The notes under the pieces are model-generated. The model did not search any database. It was not told the origin of the DNA and saw only the letters and a list, made by a program, of their open reading frames with translations. A DNA stretch of 64,000 nt. Origin: Escherichia coli (GTDB taxonomy: Bacteria > Pseudomonadota > Gammaproteobacteria > Enterobacterales > Enterobacteriaceae). Where the stretch lies: the NCBI RefSeq assembly GCF_003334355.1, contig NZ_QOWP01000013.1, one strand, 5' to 3'. Within the stretch, counting starts at the first letter, position 1; each line of letters begins with the position of its first letter. This document shows positions 26,786 through 37,939 of this stretch, one piece after another. The translations under genes were made by a program, and so were the position numbers.

Positions 26786-27739
26786 TTATTTGTTGAGCTG
26801 GAAGAGCGACAATCCCTGCATATCGGTAAATGCTTTATACGATGCCTGCAATGCCGTTTGCTGCATGATGTAAGATGAAATAGTTGCATTCCAATCCACA
26901 TCAACCAGATCGCTCATCTGCTGCGTTTGCCCTAAAGCGCGATCGCTACCTAATGAATCCAGCGACTCCAGTTCGTTCAGCTGCGTGCCTAATTCCGCGC
27001 GAACAGTCAGCACATTGTTCAGCGAGTTTTTCAGTCCGCGGTTGGTTTTATCTAACGCCGCAGCGGCGGTTTCTTTATCCGCTTCGCTATCCGCGACCGG
27101 CGTTTTCAGGGCTGCGATGGCACTATCCAGCATGGCAAAAAGATTGGTTTCAGAAGCGCTACCGTCTGGTTCCGCTACCGCGTTGCTGGTAATACTGTCG
27201 AAAATTTTGTCACCCGTGTGCCCTATCACCATCGAACGCGAAGCATCGACCTGTTGCTTAATACTTTCTGTTCCGCCGACATAATCACCGTTAGCCTCAC
27301 TAAACGGCGCAGTTTCTGTTTTATAACCGGCAAAAATGTAACGCCCGTTACCGTCAGTGGTGTTCGCCAGATTCAGCAACTGGTCACGAAGCCCCTGAAT
27401 ATCCGTAGCCAGCGAGGCCCGGTCATCGTCACTCAAGGTGCCATTGCTGGCGTAGACAATTTTTTCCTGAGCATTCTGGATAGCAGTGGTGACCTGGCTA
27501 AGTACACTCTCTTCCAGTGACACTTTTTGAGTGGCGAAAGTACGTGCCAGCGTGTACTGGCTGTTTTGCGCCTGTGCCTGGGAGAGAACTACGGCTTGTG
27601 ATGCTGCAATGGGATCGTCAGAAGGGTTAACGACTCGCTTACCTGTCGACATCTGCTCGCCGTACTTCATCCATTCTGCCTGAGAATTGGTGATGCCACG
27701 CATGTTTTGCTGGTACATCATCTGGGTACTGAAACGCAT
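26786..27739 (-). CDS. flgL: flagellar hook-filament junction protein 3, 317 aa
   Basis: ORF-track protein MRFSTQMMYQQNMRGITNSQ... Confidence 0.95.
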   Translation of the reverse strand: MRFSTQMMYQQNMRGITNSQAEWMKYGEQMSTGKRVVNPSDDPIAASQAVVLSQAQAQNSQYTLARTFATQKVSLEESVLSQVTTAIQNAQEKIVYASNGTLSDDDRASLATDIQGLRDQLLNLANTTDGNGRYIFAGYKTETAPFSEANGDYVGGTESIKQQVDASRSMVIGHTGDKIFDSITSNAVAEPDGSASETNLFAMLDSAIAALKTPVADSEADKETAAAALDKTNRGLKNSLNNVLTVRAELGTQLNELESLDSLGSDRALGQTQQMSDLVDVDWNATISSYIMQQTALQASYKAFTDMQGLSLFQLNK

Positions 27740-27750
27740 CTTATCTCCCC

Positions 27751-29394
27751 TTAGCGAATGTTAATCAGCGCATCAAAAATCGCGTTTGCCGTCTGCAGAA
27801 CCTGCGCATTCGCCAGGTAATACTGCTGAAAACGTTGCAGATTTCCGTACTCCTCATCGAGATTGACACCGGAAATCGACTGCTGCTGATTGGAAAGCTG
27901 CGTCACCACATTACCTTGCGTGGTGCTACTGGTTTTCAACGTCGCGGTTTTATTACCGATATCACTCACTAACGAGGCATAAGCGTCGTTAAAGGATTTC
28001 GCACCGCCCACCGTTTTACTGTTGCTTTGCAGATCCAGCAGGGCCTGACCGTTGCGGTTGTCGCTATCACCCGCATCTTCTTCGCTCGCCATCGCGATTT
28101 TCGCTTCGTCGGTGATTAATACATCCATGTTGACGATGGCGTCACTTACTGGTTTCAGCGTGAAGCTGTCGTTAACGGCAGGCGTTCCTGTAAACGTCAA
28201 CTCCAGACCATCAAATGCCACTTTACCGTTGGCATCCAGCGTCACCGTAAAAGTGGTATTGCTGGCAAGGCGGGTGACCTGCCACTGATTATTATCGAAC
28301 GAGATTTTGTAATCTGTCGCCAGTACCGCGGAGGCATCAGTTACCGTGGCACCGATCGCAACGTCACCTTTGTTTTTCGTGTTTTGCAGAACCGCGGGCT
28401 TACCGATAGCAAAGAAATCTTCACCGGCATCGCCGTTAGCATCAAATCCGGCTTTGTGTTGGGTGTTGAAAGCCTCGGCAAATGCCAGCGCCAGTTGTCC
28501 AAGCGTATTACGCGTCTGGTCCAGATCCTGAGAACGGAATGTCAGAATGCCGCCCAGCGACCCGGTATTCAGTAATTTCTCCGGGATCTCAATATTGCCT
28601 GCCGTCCCATCAACATAAGCGACAGTCGTACGAGAAGGGTCAGCGCTGGAAGGAACTGCCGCCAGTTGCCGCGCCGTACTTCCCTGAACCAGTGAGTAAC
28701 CATTGGCCATCGTGATGTTATAAGTGCCGCCATCCTGAACGCTGACTTCTACACCAACAATCTGGTTTAATTCGCTCACCAGTTGATCGCGTTGATCCAG
28801 CAGATTGTTAGGTGACGCCCCTGCCCCCACGCCTGTCAGGCGCGAGATTTGATCGTTCAGGCTGGCAATTTGTTTAGCGTAGTTGTTGATCTGATCAACG
28901 CTGGCACCTATCGCGATATTGACCTGTTTGTCCTGGTCGCGCAGATATTGATCGGTGGTTTTAAACTGATTCACCAATCCTTCTGATTTCCCAATCAGCG
29001 CCTGGCGCGCTGCCGGGTCTTCCGCGTTACTCACCAGCGTTTGCAGGCTGGTGAAGAAATCCTGCATCTGTGTTGCCAGCGAAGAGGTACTGGTGGAGAG
29101 CATATTGTCGATTTTCGACATCTGCTCATAGCGGGCAGTCAGACCGCTACTTTGCGTCTGCGCCGCACGTAACTGGTTGGTAATAAACGCATCATACTCA
29201 CGCTGCACACCAGAATCGTAGACACCATTGCCAACCCAGCCGCCAGCGCCCAACGTGCTATTGGCCTGCGCCATAATAGTGGTTTGGCGGGTATATCCGG
29301 CAACGTTATAGCTGGAGATATTATTACTTGCCGTATTTAACGCCGCCTGGGCCGCGTTCAGTCCGCTCATGGCGTTATTAATCAAGCTGGACAT
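27751..29394 (-). CDS. flgK: flagellar hook-associated protein 1, 547 aa
   Basis: ORF-track protein MSSLINNAMSGLNAAQAALNTASNNISSYNVAGYTRQ. Confidence 0.95.
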   Translation of the reverse strand: MSSLINNAMSGLNAAQAALNTASNNISSYNVAGYTRQTTIMAQANSTLGAGGWVGNGVYDSGVQREYDAFITNQLRAAQTQSSGLTARYEQMSKIDNMLSTSTSSLATQMQDFFTSLQTLVSNAEDPAARQALIGKSEGLVNQFKTTDQYLRDQDKQVNIAIGASVDQINNYAKQIASLNDQISRLTGVGAGASPNNLLDQRDQLVSELNQIVGVEVSVQDGGTYNITMANGYSLVQGSTARQLAAVPSSADPSRTTVAYVDGTAGNIEIPEKLLNTGSLGGILTFRSQDLDQTRNTLGQLALAFAEAFNTQHKAGFDANGDAGEDFFAIGKPAVLQNTKNKGDVAIGATVTDASAVLATDYKISFDNNQWQVTRLASNTTFTVTLDANGKVAFDGLELTFTGTPAVNDSFTLKPVSDAIVNMDVLITDEAKIAMASEEDAGDSDNRNGQALLDLQSNSKTVGGAKSFNDAYASLVSDIGNKTATLKTSSTTQGNVVTQLSNQQQSISGVNLDEEYGNLQRFQQYYLANAQVLQTANAIFDALINIR

Positions 29395-29427
29395 GGAGGT
29401 TCCTTATAAGCCTTCAATTACAGAGTA

Positions 29428-29455
29428 TTATCGGCAGCGACCCGCCGGACTTGAG
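29428..29455 (-). promoter_or_regulatory. putative sigma-28 (class 3) promoter for flgKL
   Basis: GCCGATAA -10 element on minus strand (plus-strand ttatcggc at 29428-29435) with a weaker TAAAGTTT-like -35 (tcaagtcc) 11 nt upstream, overlapping the 3' end of flgJ. Confidence 0.5.
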
Positions 29456-29459
29456 TTAT

Positions 29460-30401
29460 TCAGAACAGATTATCAATGTTCATACTGTAGGTTTTGCTCA
29501 CCTTGTCGCTTATCGATTTCATCTGCTGAATCATGTTGGTGAGTTTGCGGGCATAGTGAGGATCGGTGGCATAGCCCGCGTCCTGTAGGGCCTGCGCCCC
29601 CTGTTCCGCACTCGCGGCGGTCGTCACGGCGGCGTAGCGCGGGTTACGCGTTAACAGCCCAACGTAATCCGACAAGGCTTCCAGATACGAGCTGTAGACG
29701 CGAAACTTCGCTTTTACTTTCTTCGCTTCGCCGTTTTCATATTCAGTCGTGGTGATTTCAGTAACTGGCCCTTTCCAGTTGCCAGAGGCTTTGACACCAA
29801 ACAGGTTATAGCTCGGCTCGCCGTTTTCGCGGCGGATTTGCCGTTGCCCCCAACCAGATTCCAGTGCCGCCTGAGCGAGGATCAAATGATGTGGCACACC
29901 GCTTTGCTGGCTTGCCAGTTGGGCGGGCAGCGAGAGTTGCGCGAGGAATGCTTTACTGTCACCCGGCAGCGAATCATCGTAGTTACGTGGCACGGCCTTT
30001 TGCACCAGCTGCGAAAGCGCCTGATTTTGATAACGCACCACAGTTTCGAGCGGGAATTTCATCGGTGCTGCTGGCGTGGACTCCTCTGGCAATGGTTGTT
30101 CTGGCGTCATCTGTTTAACCATCATCTCTGCAAGCCCCAGACCTTTGCCCGCCGTCATCTGTTGGGCAATCTGCTGGTCATACATACTGGTATACAGGCG
30201 AGTGTGCTCGCTGCTGAACAGGCCATCTTTTGGTAAAGCGTCGCGCATGCTTTTCAACATCATCTGCACGAACATCCCTTCCACCTGACGGGCCACCGGA
30301 CGGATATTTGCCGCCGGATCTTCGCCCGCTTTCGCCTTTAGTTCGTTGAGTGATTGCGCATCCCAGGCCGCACTTGCCAGTAGTTTGCTGTCGCTGATCA
30401 T
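29460..30401 (-). CDS. flgJ: flagellar rod-assembly protein / peptidoglycan hydrolase, 313 aa
   Basis: ORF 29460..30431 trimmed to ATG giving [22 protein letters not shown]; start overlaps flgI stop. Confidence 0.9.
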   Translation of the reverse strand: MISDSKLLASAAWDAQSLNELKAKAGEDPAANIRPVARQVEGMFVQMMLKSMRDALPKDGLFSSEHTRLYTSMYDQQIAQQMTAGKGLGLAEMMVKQMTPEQPLPEESTPAAPMKFPLETVVRYQNQALSQLVQKAVPRNYDDSLPGDSKAFLAQLSLPAQLASQQSGVPHHLILAQAALESGWGQRQIRRENGEPSYNLFGVKASGNWKGPVTEITTTEYENGEAKKVKAKFRVYSSYLEALSDYVGLLTRNPRYAAVTTAASAEQGAQALQDAGYATDPHYARKLTNMIQQMKSISDKVSKTYSMNIDNLF

Positions 30402-31498
30402 CAGATGATTTCCAGTTTTGCCCGCAGACATCCCGCACTTTGCATTGATTGCAGTATGGACATCAGATCCATCGGCGTAGCGCCCAGCGCATTGAGCGCG
30501 CGCACCACGTTATTGAGGCTGGCGCTGGAACGTACGCTTTGCAGCGAACCGCCGCTCTGGCGTAAATCGATCTGCGTTTGTGGAGTAACCACAGTCTGTC
30601 CACCACCAAACGGTGTATCTGGCTGGCTGACATTGGCCTGACGATTAACTGTTACTGAGAGATTCCCCTGCGCTACCGCGCAGCTGTCGAGGGTCACTTC
30701 GCGATTCATCACCACCGAACCGGTGCGCGAGTTAATCACTACTTTAGCGTCCTGCGGGGTGACATTAACCTGCATATTCTGAATATCGGCAAGGAAGCGG
30801 ACCTGGGAACTGTTGCCACTCGGTACGCGCACCTGAATAGTCCGCGCATCTAACGCGGTGGCGCTGCCATATCCACGCACGCGGTTGATGGTGTCAGCGA
30901 TTTGCTGCGCCATGCTGAAATCTTCGTCGTTAAGTTGCAAATTAAGGGTATTCCCGACGCCAAACTGGCTGGGCAATTCACGTTCAATAACCGCACCATT
31001 GGTGATCCGTCCACCGTTCAGTTGGTTAACCTGAACACTGCTACCGCCAGCGGAGGCTCCTGCGCCGCCAACCAGAATATTGCCCTGCGCCAGCGCATAC
31101 ACCTGACTGTCAACGCCCTTAAGCGGTGTCATCAACAACGTACCTCCACGCAAGCTTTTGGCATTTCCCATGGAAGAAACCACCACATCGATGGTTTGCC
31201 CCTGACGTCCAAACGGAGGAAGTGACGCTGTCACCATTACCGCAGCGACGTTTTTTAGCTGCATATTGGTGCCCGTCGGAACGGTAATTCCCAGCTGTGA
31301 GAGCATGTTATTAAGCGTTTGTGTGGTAAACGGCGTCTGTGTTGTCTGGTCACCGGTGCCATCCAGCCCCACCACCAGACCATAGCCAATCAGTGAGTTT
31401 TGCCTTACCCCCTGAACACTGGTGAGATCGCGAATACGCTCAGCCTGAGCCGCCGTCGTGACCAGTAGAAGAATTAATGCAGAGAGAAATTTAATCAC
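30401..31498 (-). CDS. flgI: flagellar P-ring protein, 365 aa
   Basis: ORF 30401..31501 ([20 protein letters not shown]...); two adjacent GTG codons, second taken as start; signal peptide. Confidence 0.9.
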
Positions 31499-31509
31499 CA
31501 CAGCCTCAC

Positions 31510-32208
31510 TTACATTGGCGACAGGTTAAGGAAGAAACGCTGCAACCAGCCCATATTTTGCGCTTCGTTAATGTAGCCATTGCCTACGTATTCAATGCGC
31601 GCATCCGCCACCTGAGTAGACGGTACGGTATTGCTGCCGCTGATAGTGCGTGGATTAACCACGCCAGAGAAGCGAATAAATTCGGTACCCTGATTAATGG
31701 CAATCTGTTTTTCACCCACCACATGCAGGTTGCCGTTGACCAGTACCTGGTCAACCGTCACCGTCAACGTGCCGCTAAAGGTATTGCTGGCATTGGCCCC
31801 GCCCTTTCCGTTGAACGTGTTACCACCGGAGGCTTCGACATCGGCACGAGCGTTACCAAACAGCCCCTGCAAATAGCGCGGCACAGTATCAAAGCCAAAA
31901 TTAGTTTTACCGTCACGGCTGGCATTCGCAGAGGAGCTTTTGCTGGCGCTGACGTTCTCCTGCAACACGATGGTCAGCGTATCGCCAATATTGCGTGGTC
32001 GACGATCTTCAAACAGCGGTTGATAGCCATAGTTAATCGGCTGAGCAGACTGGAAAATAGAACCGTTGGCGACGGGCGTCGGACCGGGAACCGGTTGTGC
32101 ACTGGTCGCCCCCTGCACCAGCGGCGTGGAGGGTATCCAGGCGCAGCCGGTTAGTGAAAGCACCAACAAGCTGGAAATGGCATAAGTATGCGCAGCGTTT
32201 TTTTGCAT
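31510..32208 (-). CDS. flgH: flagellar L-ring lipoprotein, 232 aa
   Basis: ORF 31510..32223 trimmed to [22 protein letters not shown] (lipobox). Confidence 0.9.
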
Positions 32209-32260
32209 GGCTATCATCTTCAAAAATCAGTAAACCGGTGAACCTGCCACCGGTTAAGCC

Positions 32261-33061
<801 letters not shown>

Positions 33062-33088
33062 TTAGTGACAAAGTGCATATGTCTTCTT

Positions 33089-33150
<62 letters not shown>

Positions 33151-33214
33151 TTGCCCCCATAGACCCGATAAACTTGCGCATCGGGCAACTTATACTTGTC
33201 ATGTATCCTTTCAA

Positions 33215-33970
33215 TTAACTCATCGACAGCAGTTGGTTGGCACGGCCTGCGTTATCATCGACGCTGCTGATCACCTTCATCTGCATTTCAAAACGCCGCG
33301 CGCTGGCAATCATGTCGCTCATTGCCGCAACGGCATTGACGTTACTGCCTTCCAGAACCCCCGACATCACACGCAAGGTTGGATCTGCCTGCAGTACCGG
33401 CCCACGCGTGGCCTGGGTTTCTGCGCTTAAACGAAAAATGCCGTCGTCACCGCGCTGCACTTCGCTGCCCGTGGCTTTCACCAGTTTAAGACGCCCTACT
33501 GGCGCAACCGTATTTGCCGGATCGCCCGGATTGAGCGCCGAGATTGTGCCATCGGCAGCAATAGTGATTTCCGCCCCTTCCGGCACAGCAATTGGCCCAG
33601 CCTCGCCTATCACCGGATGCCCCTGAATTGTCAGTTGCCCGGTGGGATCAACCTGAATGCTGCCATTACGCGTATACCCTTCGCTGCCGTCAGCGGACTG
33701 CACGGCCAGCCAGCCATCCTGCTGCAACGCAACGTCCAGCGGGCGCGAGGTGTAATCCATCTTGCCGGGCGTCATGTCTGCACCCGGTGTTGACGCCGTT
33801 ACCAGCGTGCGCGTGGGCAGTGAAAGCCCTTCCACCGGCACTGCACGCAAGGCGTTTAACTGCGCGCGAAAACCGGGCGTAGAGGCATTGGCCAGATTAC
33901 TGGCGGTTACCGCCTGTTGATTCAGCGTCTGGCTGGCTGCTCCCATCGCGGTATAAATTGCGTGATCCAT
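33215..33970 (-). CDS. flgF: flagellar proximal rod protein, 251 aa
   Basis: ORF-track protein MDHAIYTAMGAASQTLNQQAVTASNLANASTPGFRAQ. Confidence 0.95.
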   Translation of the reverse strand: MDHAIYTAMGAASQTLNQQAVTASNLANASTPGFRAQLNALRAVPVEGLSLPTRTLVTASTPGADMTPGKMDYTSRPLDVALQQDGWLAVQSADGSEGYTRNGSIQVDPTGQLTIQGHPVIGEAGPIAVPEGAEITIAADGTISALNPGDPANTVAPVGRLKLVKATGSEVQRGDDGIFRLSAETQATRGPVLQADPTLRVMSGVLEGSNVNAVAAMSDMIASARRFEMQMKVISSVDDNAGRANQLLSMS

Positions 33971-33989
33971 TGAGCTATCCCGTCAGCGA

Positions 33990-35195
33990 TTAGCGTAAGT
34001 TAACCAGCGTGTTGAGGATCTGGTCCTGGGTTTTGATGGTCTGGGCGTTAGACTGATAGTTACGCTGGGCAACGATCATATTGACCAGTTCTTTACTGAG
34101 ATCGACGTTGGACGCTTCCAACGCACCGTTGGTCAGGGTGCCAAAGTTGCCCGTCCCGGCTGACCCCAACAGCGCCACGCCAGAAGATTGCGTCGCAGAC
34201 CAGACGTTGTCGCCTTCGGATGCCAGACCTTCGTTGTTGGCAAAGTTCGCCAGTACAATCTGCCCCAGCAGTTGTGTTTGTTCGTTGGAATAGTTGCCGA
34301 CAACCGTACCGTCATCATTGATTTGATAACTCACCAGATCGCCCGGTTTGTAGCCATTCTGGGTGGTTGCCACAATATTGTTAGCGCCGGTATTTTGCTG
34401 CATGGAGTTGAGGAAGCTCAGGCTAAACGTGGCGGGATCTGCGCCGTTAATTGCGCCAGTGGTAATATTCTCTGTTGGATTTGAGGTCAGAACGCCATTG
34501 GCATTAAACACCAGCTTCATTGCAGGCTCGGCTGTACCTGTTGGATCACTGCTATCCTGGGTGTAGACCTGCCAGTTATTATCCCCGGTCTTCACAAAGT
34601 AGACGCTCATGTCATGAGCATTACCCTGACTGTCGAAAACAGTCACCGAACCTTTTTTGTTATAGCTATCCGCATTGCTGGCGCTGAATGGCGTAACAGT
34701 AGGAAGCGGATCGCTGGAATTCAGGTTGATCTGCATCGATGCCGTGGTGGTAGTTTTCGCTGCCATCAGGGTATTCGGGATCGAAATATTAGTCGGATTC
34801 GCCCCTTGCTGAATAGTCGGCGGCGTACCGGTTGCCGGGTAACCCGTCAGCTGTAAACCTTGCATATTCACCAGGTTACGGTTTTCATCCAGCTTAAATT
34901 GTCCGTTACGGCTGTAGAACACCGAACCGTTGCTGTCTACCAGACGGAAAAAACCGTTCTGGCTGATAGCAACGTCCAGACCTCGCCCGGTGTTGGTGGT
35001 CGTGCCATCGGTAAAGTCCTGAGTGATACCGGCAACTTTTACCCCCAGTCCCACTTTCGAACCGGCAAACATATCGGCAAAAGAGGCCGTGCCTGATTTA
35101 AAGCCGTAGGTGGCGGAGTTGGCGATATTGTTGCCAATAACATCGAGGTTGGTGGCGGCAGCGTTTAATCCGCTAACCGCTTGAGAAAAGGCCAT
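33990..35195 (-). CDS. flgE: flagellar hook protein, 401 aa as called
   Basis: ORF-track protein MAFSQAVSGLNAAATNLDVIGNNIANSATYGFKSG... Confidence 0.95.
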   Translation of the reverse strand: MAFSQAVSGLNAAATNLDVIGNNIANSATYGFKSGTASFADMFAGSKVGLGVKVAGITQDFTDGTTTNTGRGLDVAISQNGFFRLVDSNGSVFYSRNGQFKLDENRNLVNMQGLQLTGYPATGTPPTIQQGANPTNISIPNTLMAAKTTTTASMQINLNSSDPLPTVTPFSASNADSYNKKGSVTVFDSQGNAHDMSVYFVKTGDNNWQVYTQDSSDPTGTAEPAMKLVFNANGVLTSNPTENITTGAINGADPATFSLSFLNSMQQNTGANNIVATTQNGYKPGDLVSYQINDDGTVVGNYSNEQTQLLGQIVLANFANNEGLASEGDNVWSATQSSGVALLGSAGTGNFGTLTNGALEASNVDLSKELVNMIVAQRNYQSNAQTIKTQDQILNTLVNLR

Positions 35196-35219
35196 GACTG
35201 ACTCCTGAAATGTGAAGGC

Positions 35220-35915
35220 TTAAATTATCTGCCGTACTTCGTCGAGGGTGGTGGTGCCGTAAGTGCCGAGATCCAGCGTATTACCGTTGTTGCCGCGGAT
35301 CACACCCTGCACCAGAGCAAACTGCAGCGGCTGGGCAACCAGTTGTGTACCACCGTTACTGGCGCTAATCGCTACATTGTAAGAACCGTTCGGCGCAGTG
35401 CTGCCATCAGTCAACGTACCGTCCCAGGTGAAACTGTGAACTCCGGCGGTCAGTTCACCAATATCAATGGTGCGCACAACCGCGCCATTTTTATCGGTGA
35501 TGGTGGCCGTAACTTTGTCTGCCGCCTGTTGCAGCTCAACACCAAACGGCGTGGTCGTGGTCACAGCCCCTTCTTCACTGCCGGTTCCCGCAAGAATAGT
35601 GGTGCCGGGGATCATCACGCCGTGACCGATCAGGTTACTGGCCTGTAACGACTGGCTGTTATCAATCTGTCCGGAAATAGATCCGAGCGTGGTATTGAGT
35701 TTTTCAATCCCGCTGACCGTGCTGATTTGTGCCAGTTGCGACGTCAGCTCGTTGTTTTCCATTGGATTGGTCGGGTCCTGGTTTTTCAGCTGCGCCACCA
35801 GCAAAGTCAGAAAACTGCTTTGTAAATCTGCGGCGTTGCTGCCCGTGAGCGAACTACTGCTGGTGGTACTGACGCCGGTATTTGTCGGATCGGTGGTGGT
35901 TACCGCAATGGACAT
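35220..35915 (-). CDS. flgD: flagellar hook cap / assembly protein, 231 aa
   Basis: ORF-track protein MSIAVTTTDPTNTGVSTTSSSSLTGSNAADLQSSFLTLLVAQLKNQDP. Confidence 0.95.
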   Translation of the reverse strand: MSIAVTTTDPTNTGVSTTSSSSLTGSNAADLQSSFLTLLVAQLKNQDPTNPMENNELTSQLAQISTVSGIEKLNTTLGSISGQIDNSQSLQASNLIGHGVMIPGTTILAGTGSEEGAVTTTTPFGVELQQAADKVTATITDKNGAVVRTIDIGELTAGVHSFTWDGTLTDGSTAPNGSYNVAISASNGGTQLVAQPLQFALVQGVIRGNNGNTLDLGTYGTTTLDEVRQII

Positions 35916-35926
35916 AGCTTTCTCCT

Positions 35927-36331
35927 TTATTGACCGAGCGTAAGGGTTTTCAGCATCATGCTTTTCACCGTGTTGAGCACTTCAACATTGGCCTGATAGC
36001 TGCGTGACGCCGACATGGTGTTAACCATCTCCCCGACGACATCAACGTTCGGCATTTTTACGTAGCCCTTTGCATCTGCCAGCGGATTACCCGGTTCATA
36101 AACCAGTTTGTCCGGGGCCTGACTTTCTATAACATCGGCAACCTTTACGCCGCCTGTCGCAGCACCTGGTGCAGCGTTAACCTGGAATACCACCTGTTTT
36201 GCCCGATATGGCTGTCCATCGGGACCGGTCACGCTATCAGCATTCGCCAGATTACTGGCCGCCACGTTCAGGCGCTGGGACTGGGCAGTTAACGCCGACC
36301 CGGCGATATCAAAAATATTCAGCAGTGCCAT
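35927..36331 (-). CDS. flgC: flagellar proximal rod protein, 134 aa
   Basis: ORF-track protein [33 protein letters not shown]. Confidence 0.95.
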
Positions 36332-36334
36332 CCG

Positions 36335-36751
36335 TTAATTTCCGCTCTGTAAAACGTTCATCATGCCTTTGATTTGCCCGCTCAACGCGCTAAGGCTCAT
36401 CTGGTATTGCAGGCTGTTATCGGCAAACTGGGTGCGTTCGCGATCCATATCGACGGTATTACCGTCAAGCGAAGGCTGGTCCGGAATACGGTATTGCAGT
36501 TCTGCGGTAGGAGGCGTCAGCGCCTGCGCCGGGATGTGTTGCGTTGAGGTCATCGTCAGTGCAACCACACTGGTTGCATCCCGTCCACGTTGCATGACTT
36601 TTTTAAGTTCACTGGCAAAATCGATATCGCGCGCCTGATAACCAGGGGTATCGGCATTGGCGATGTTTGCTGCCAGCACTTCCTGACGCTGGGCGCGCAG
36701 ATTGAGCGCCTCTTGTTGAAAACGTAAGGCGGCGTCGAGCTTATCGAGCAT
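36335..36751 (-). CDS. flgB: flagellar proximal rod protein, 138 aa
   Basis: ORF-track protein [45 protein letters not shown]. Confidence 0.95.
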
Positions 36752-36906
36752 ATCTCCTCCGCAGGTATCAAAATTCTGCCATCAGCTTAAATGCCTTTAC
36801 GCGCGCGTTATCGGCGGAATAAACGCAAAATGGGTCGCTATTTATGCCGTTGATGACCATTGCGGACAGGTACAATTCACGTTGTAGAAATGGCTGGGGG
36901 GCGAAA
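36752..36906. promoter_or_regulatory. divergent flgB / flgA class 2 (FlhDC-dependent) promoter region
   Basis: 155-bp intergenic region between divergent flgB and flgA; class 2 flagellar promoters are known to lie here; individual FlhD4C2 boxes not resolved. Confidence 0.55.
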
Positions 36907-37566
36907 ATGCTGGCAATAAAACGTAGCGTGGCGATCATTGCGATACTGTTCAGTCCGTTAAGTGCGGCGAGCAATCTCACATCGCAATTGCAAACCTTTT
37001 TTAGCGCCCAGCTCGCGGGGGTAAGTGATGAGGTTCGTGTTTCTATTCGTACAGCGCCCAATCTACTACCGCCGTGCGAGCAGCCATTGCTTTCGATGAG
37101 CAATAATTCCCGCCTGTGGGGCAATGTGAATGTGTTGGCACGCTGCGGTAACGACAAACGATATTTACAGGTTAATGTACAGGCCACAGGAAATTATGTG
37201 GTTGCCGCGATGCCCATTGCGCGGGGAGGAAAGCTGGAAGCTGGCAATGTCAAACTGAAACGCGGACGGCTGGATACCCTGCCACCGCGTACGGTGCTGG
37301 ATATCAATCAACTTGTTGATGCCATTAGCCTGCGCGATCTATCACCCGATCAACCAATCCAGTTAACCCAGTTTCGCCAGGCATGGCGGGTAAAAGCGGG
37401 ACAACGCGTCAATGTGATCGCCAGCGGTGATGGGTTTAGCGCCAACGCAGAAGGTCAGGCGCTGAACAATGCAGCCGTCGCACAGAATGCGCGGGTGCGC
37501 ATGGTATCGGGACAGGTAGTCAGCGGCGTTGTTGATGCAGATGGGAATATTCTTATAAACCTGTAA
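36907..37566 (+). CDS. flgA: flagellar P-ring assembly chaperone, 219 aa
   Basis: ORF 36844..37566 trimmed to ATG giving MLAIKRSVAIIAILFSPLSAA (signal peptide). Confidence 0.85.
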   Translation: MLAIKRSVAIIAILFSPLSAASNLTSQLQTFFSAQLAGVSDEVRVSIRTAPNLLPPCEQPLLSMSNNSRLWGNVNVLARCGNDKRYLQVNVQATGNYVVAAMPIARGGKLEAGNVKLKRGRLDTLPPRTVLDINQLVDAISLRDLSPDQPIQLTQFRQAWRVKAGQRVNVIASGDGFSANAEGQALNNAAVAQNARVRMVSGQVVSGVVDADGNILINL

Positions 37567-37571
37567 GCTGT

Positions 37572-37598
37572 TAAAGATTACCCGTCCCTTGCCGATAA
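37572..37598 (+). promoter_or_regulatory. sigma-28 (FliA) class 3 promoter of flgMN
   Basis: TAAAGATT-N11-GCCGATAA, near-perfect match to the sigma-28 consensus, about 45 nt upstream of flgM. Confidence 0.8.
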
Positions 37599-37641
37599 AT
37601 AAGCAACACATGATAAAAGCGCCCTCAATGAGGAATAAACC

Positions 37642-37935
37642 ATGAGTATTGATCGCACTTCGCCTCTGAAGCCTGTAAGCACCGTTCAACCGCGCGAAAC
37701 CACTGACGCGCCGGTAACGAACACCCGGGCGGCAAAAACAACAGCCTCCACCAGCACCAGTGTGACGTTAAGCGACGCGCAAGCAAAACTGATGCAACCC
37801 GGCAGCAGTGATATCAATCTTGAACGTGTCGAAGCGTTAAAACTGGCGATTCGTAACGGTGAACTAAAAATGGACACCGGCAAAATTGCCGATGCGCTGA
37901 TCAACGAAGCGCAGCAAGACTTGCAGAGTAACTGA
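37642..37935 (+). CDS. flgM: anti-sigma-28 factor, 97 aa
   Basis: ORF-track protein [38 protein letters not shown]... Confidence 0.95.
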   Translation: MSIDRTSPLKPVSTVQPRETTDAPVTNTRAAKTTASTSTSVTLSDAQAKLMQPGSSDINLERVEALKLAIRNGELKMDTGKIADALINEAQQDLQSN

Positions 37936-37939
37936 TCGT

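Noticed and set aside
31558-32154. 198-aa plus-strand ORF
   Set aside because: Antisense within flgH; compositional artifact
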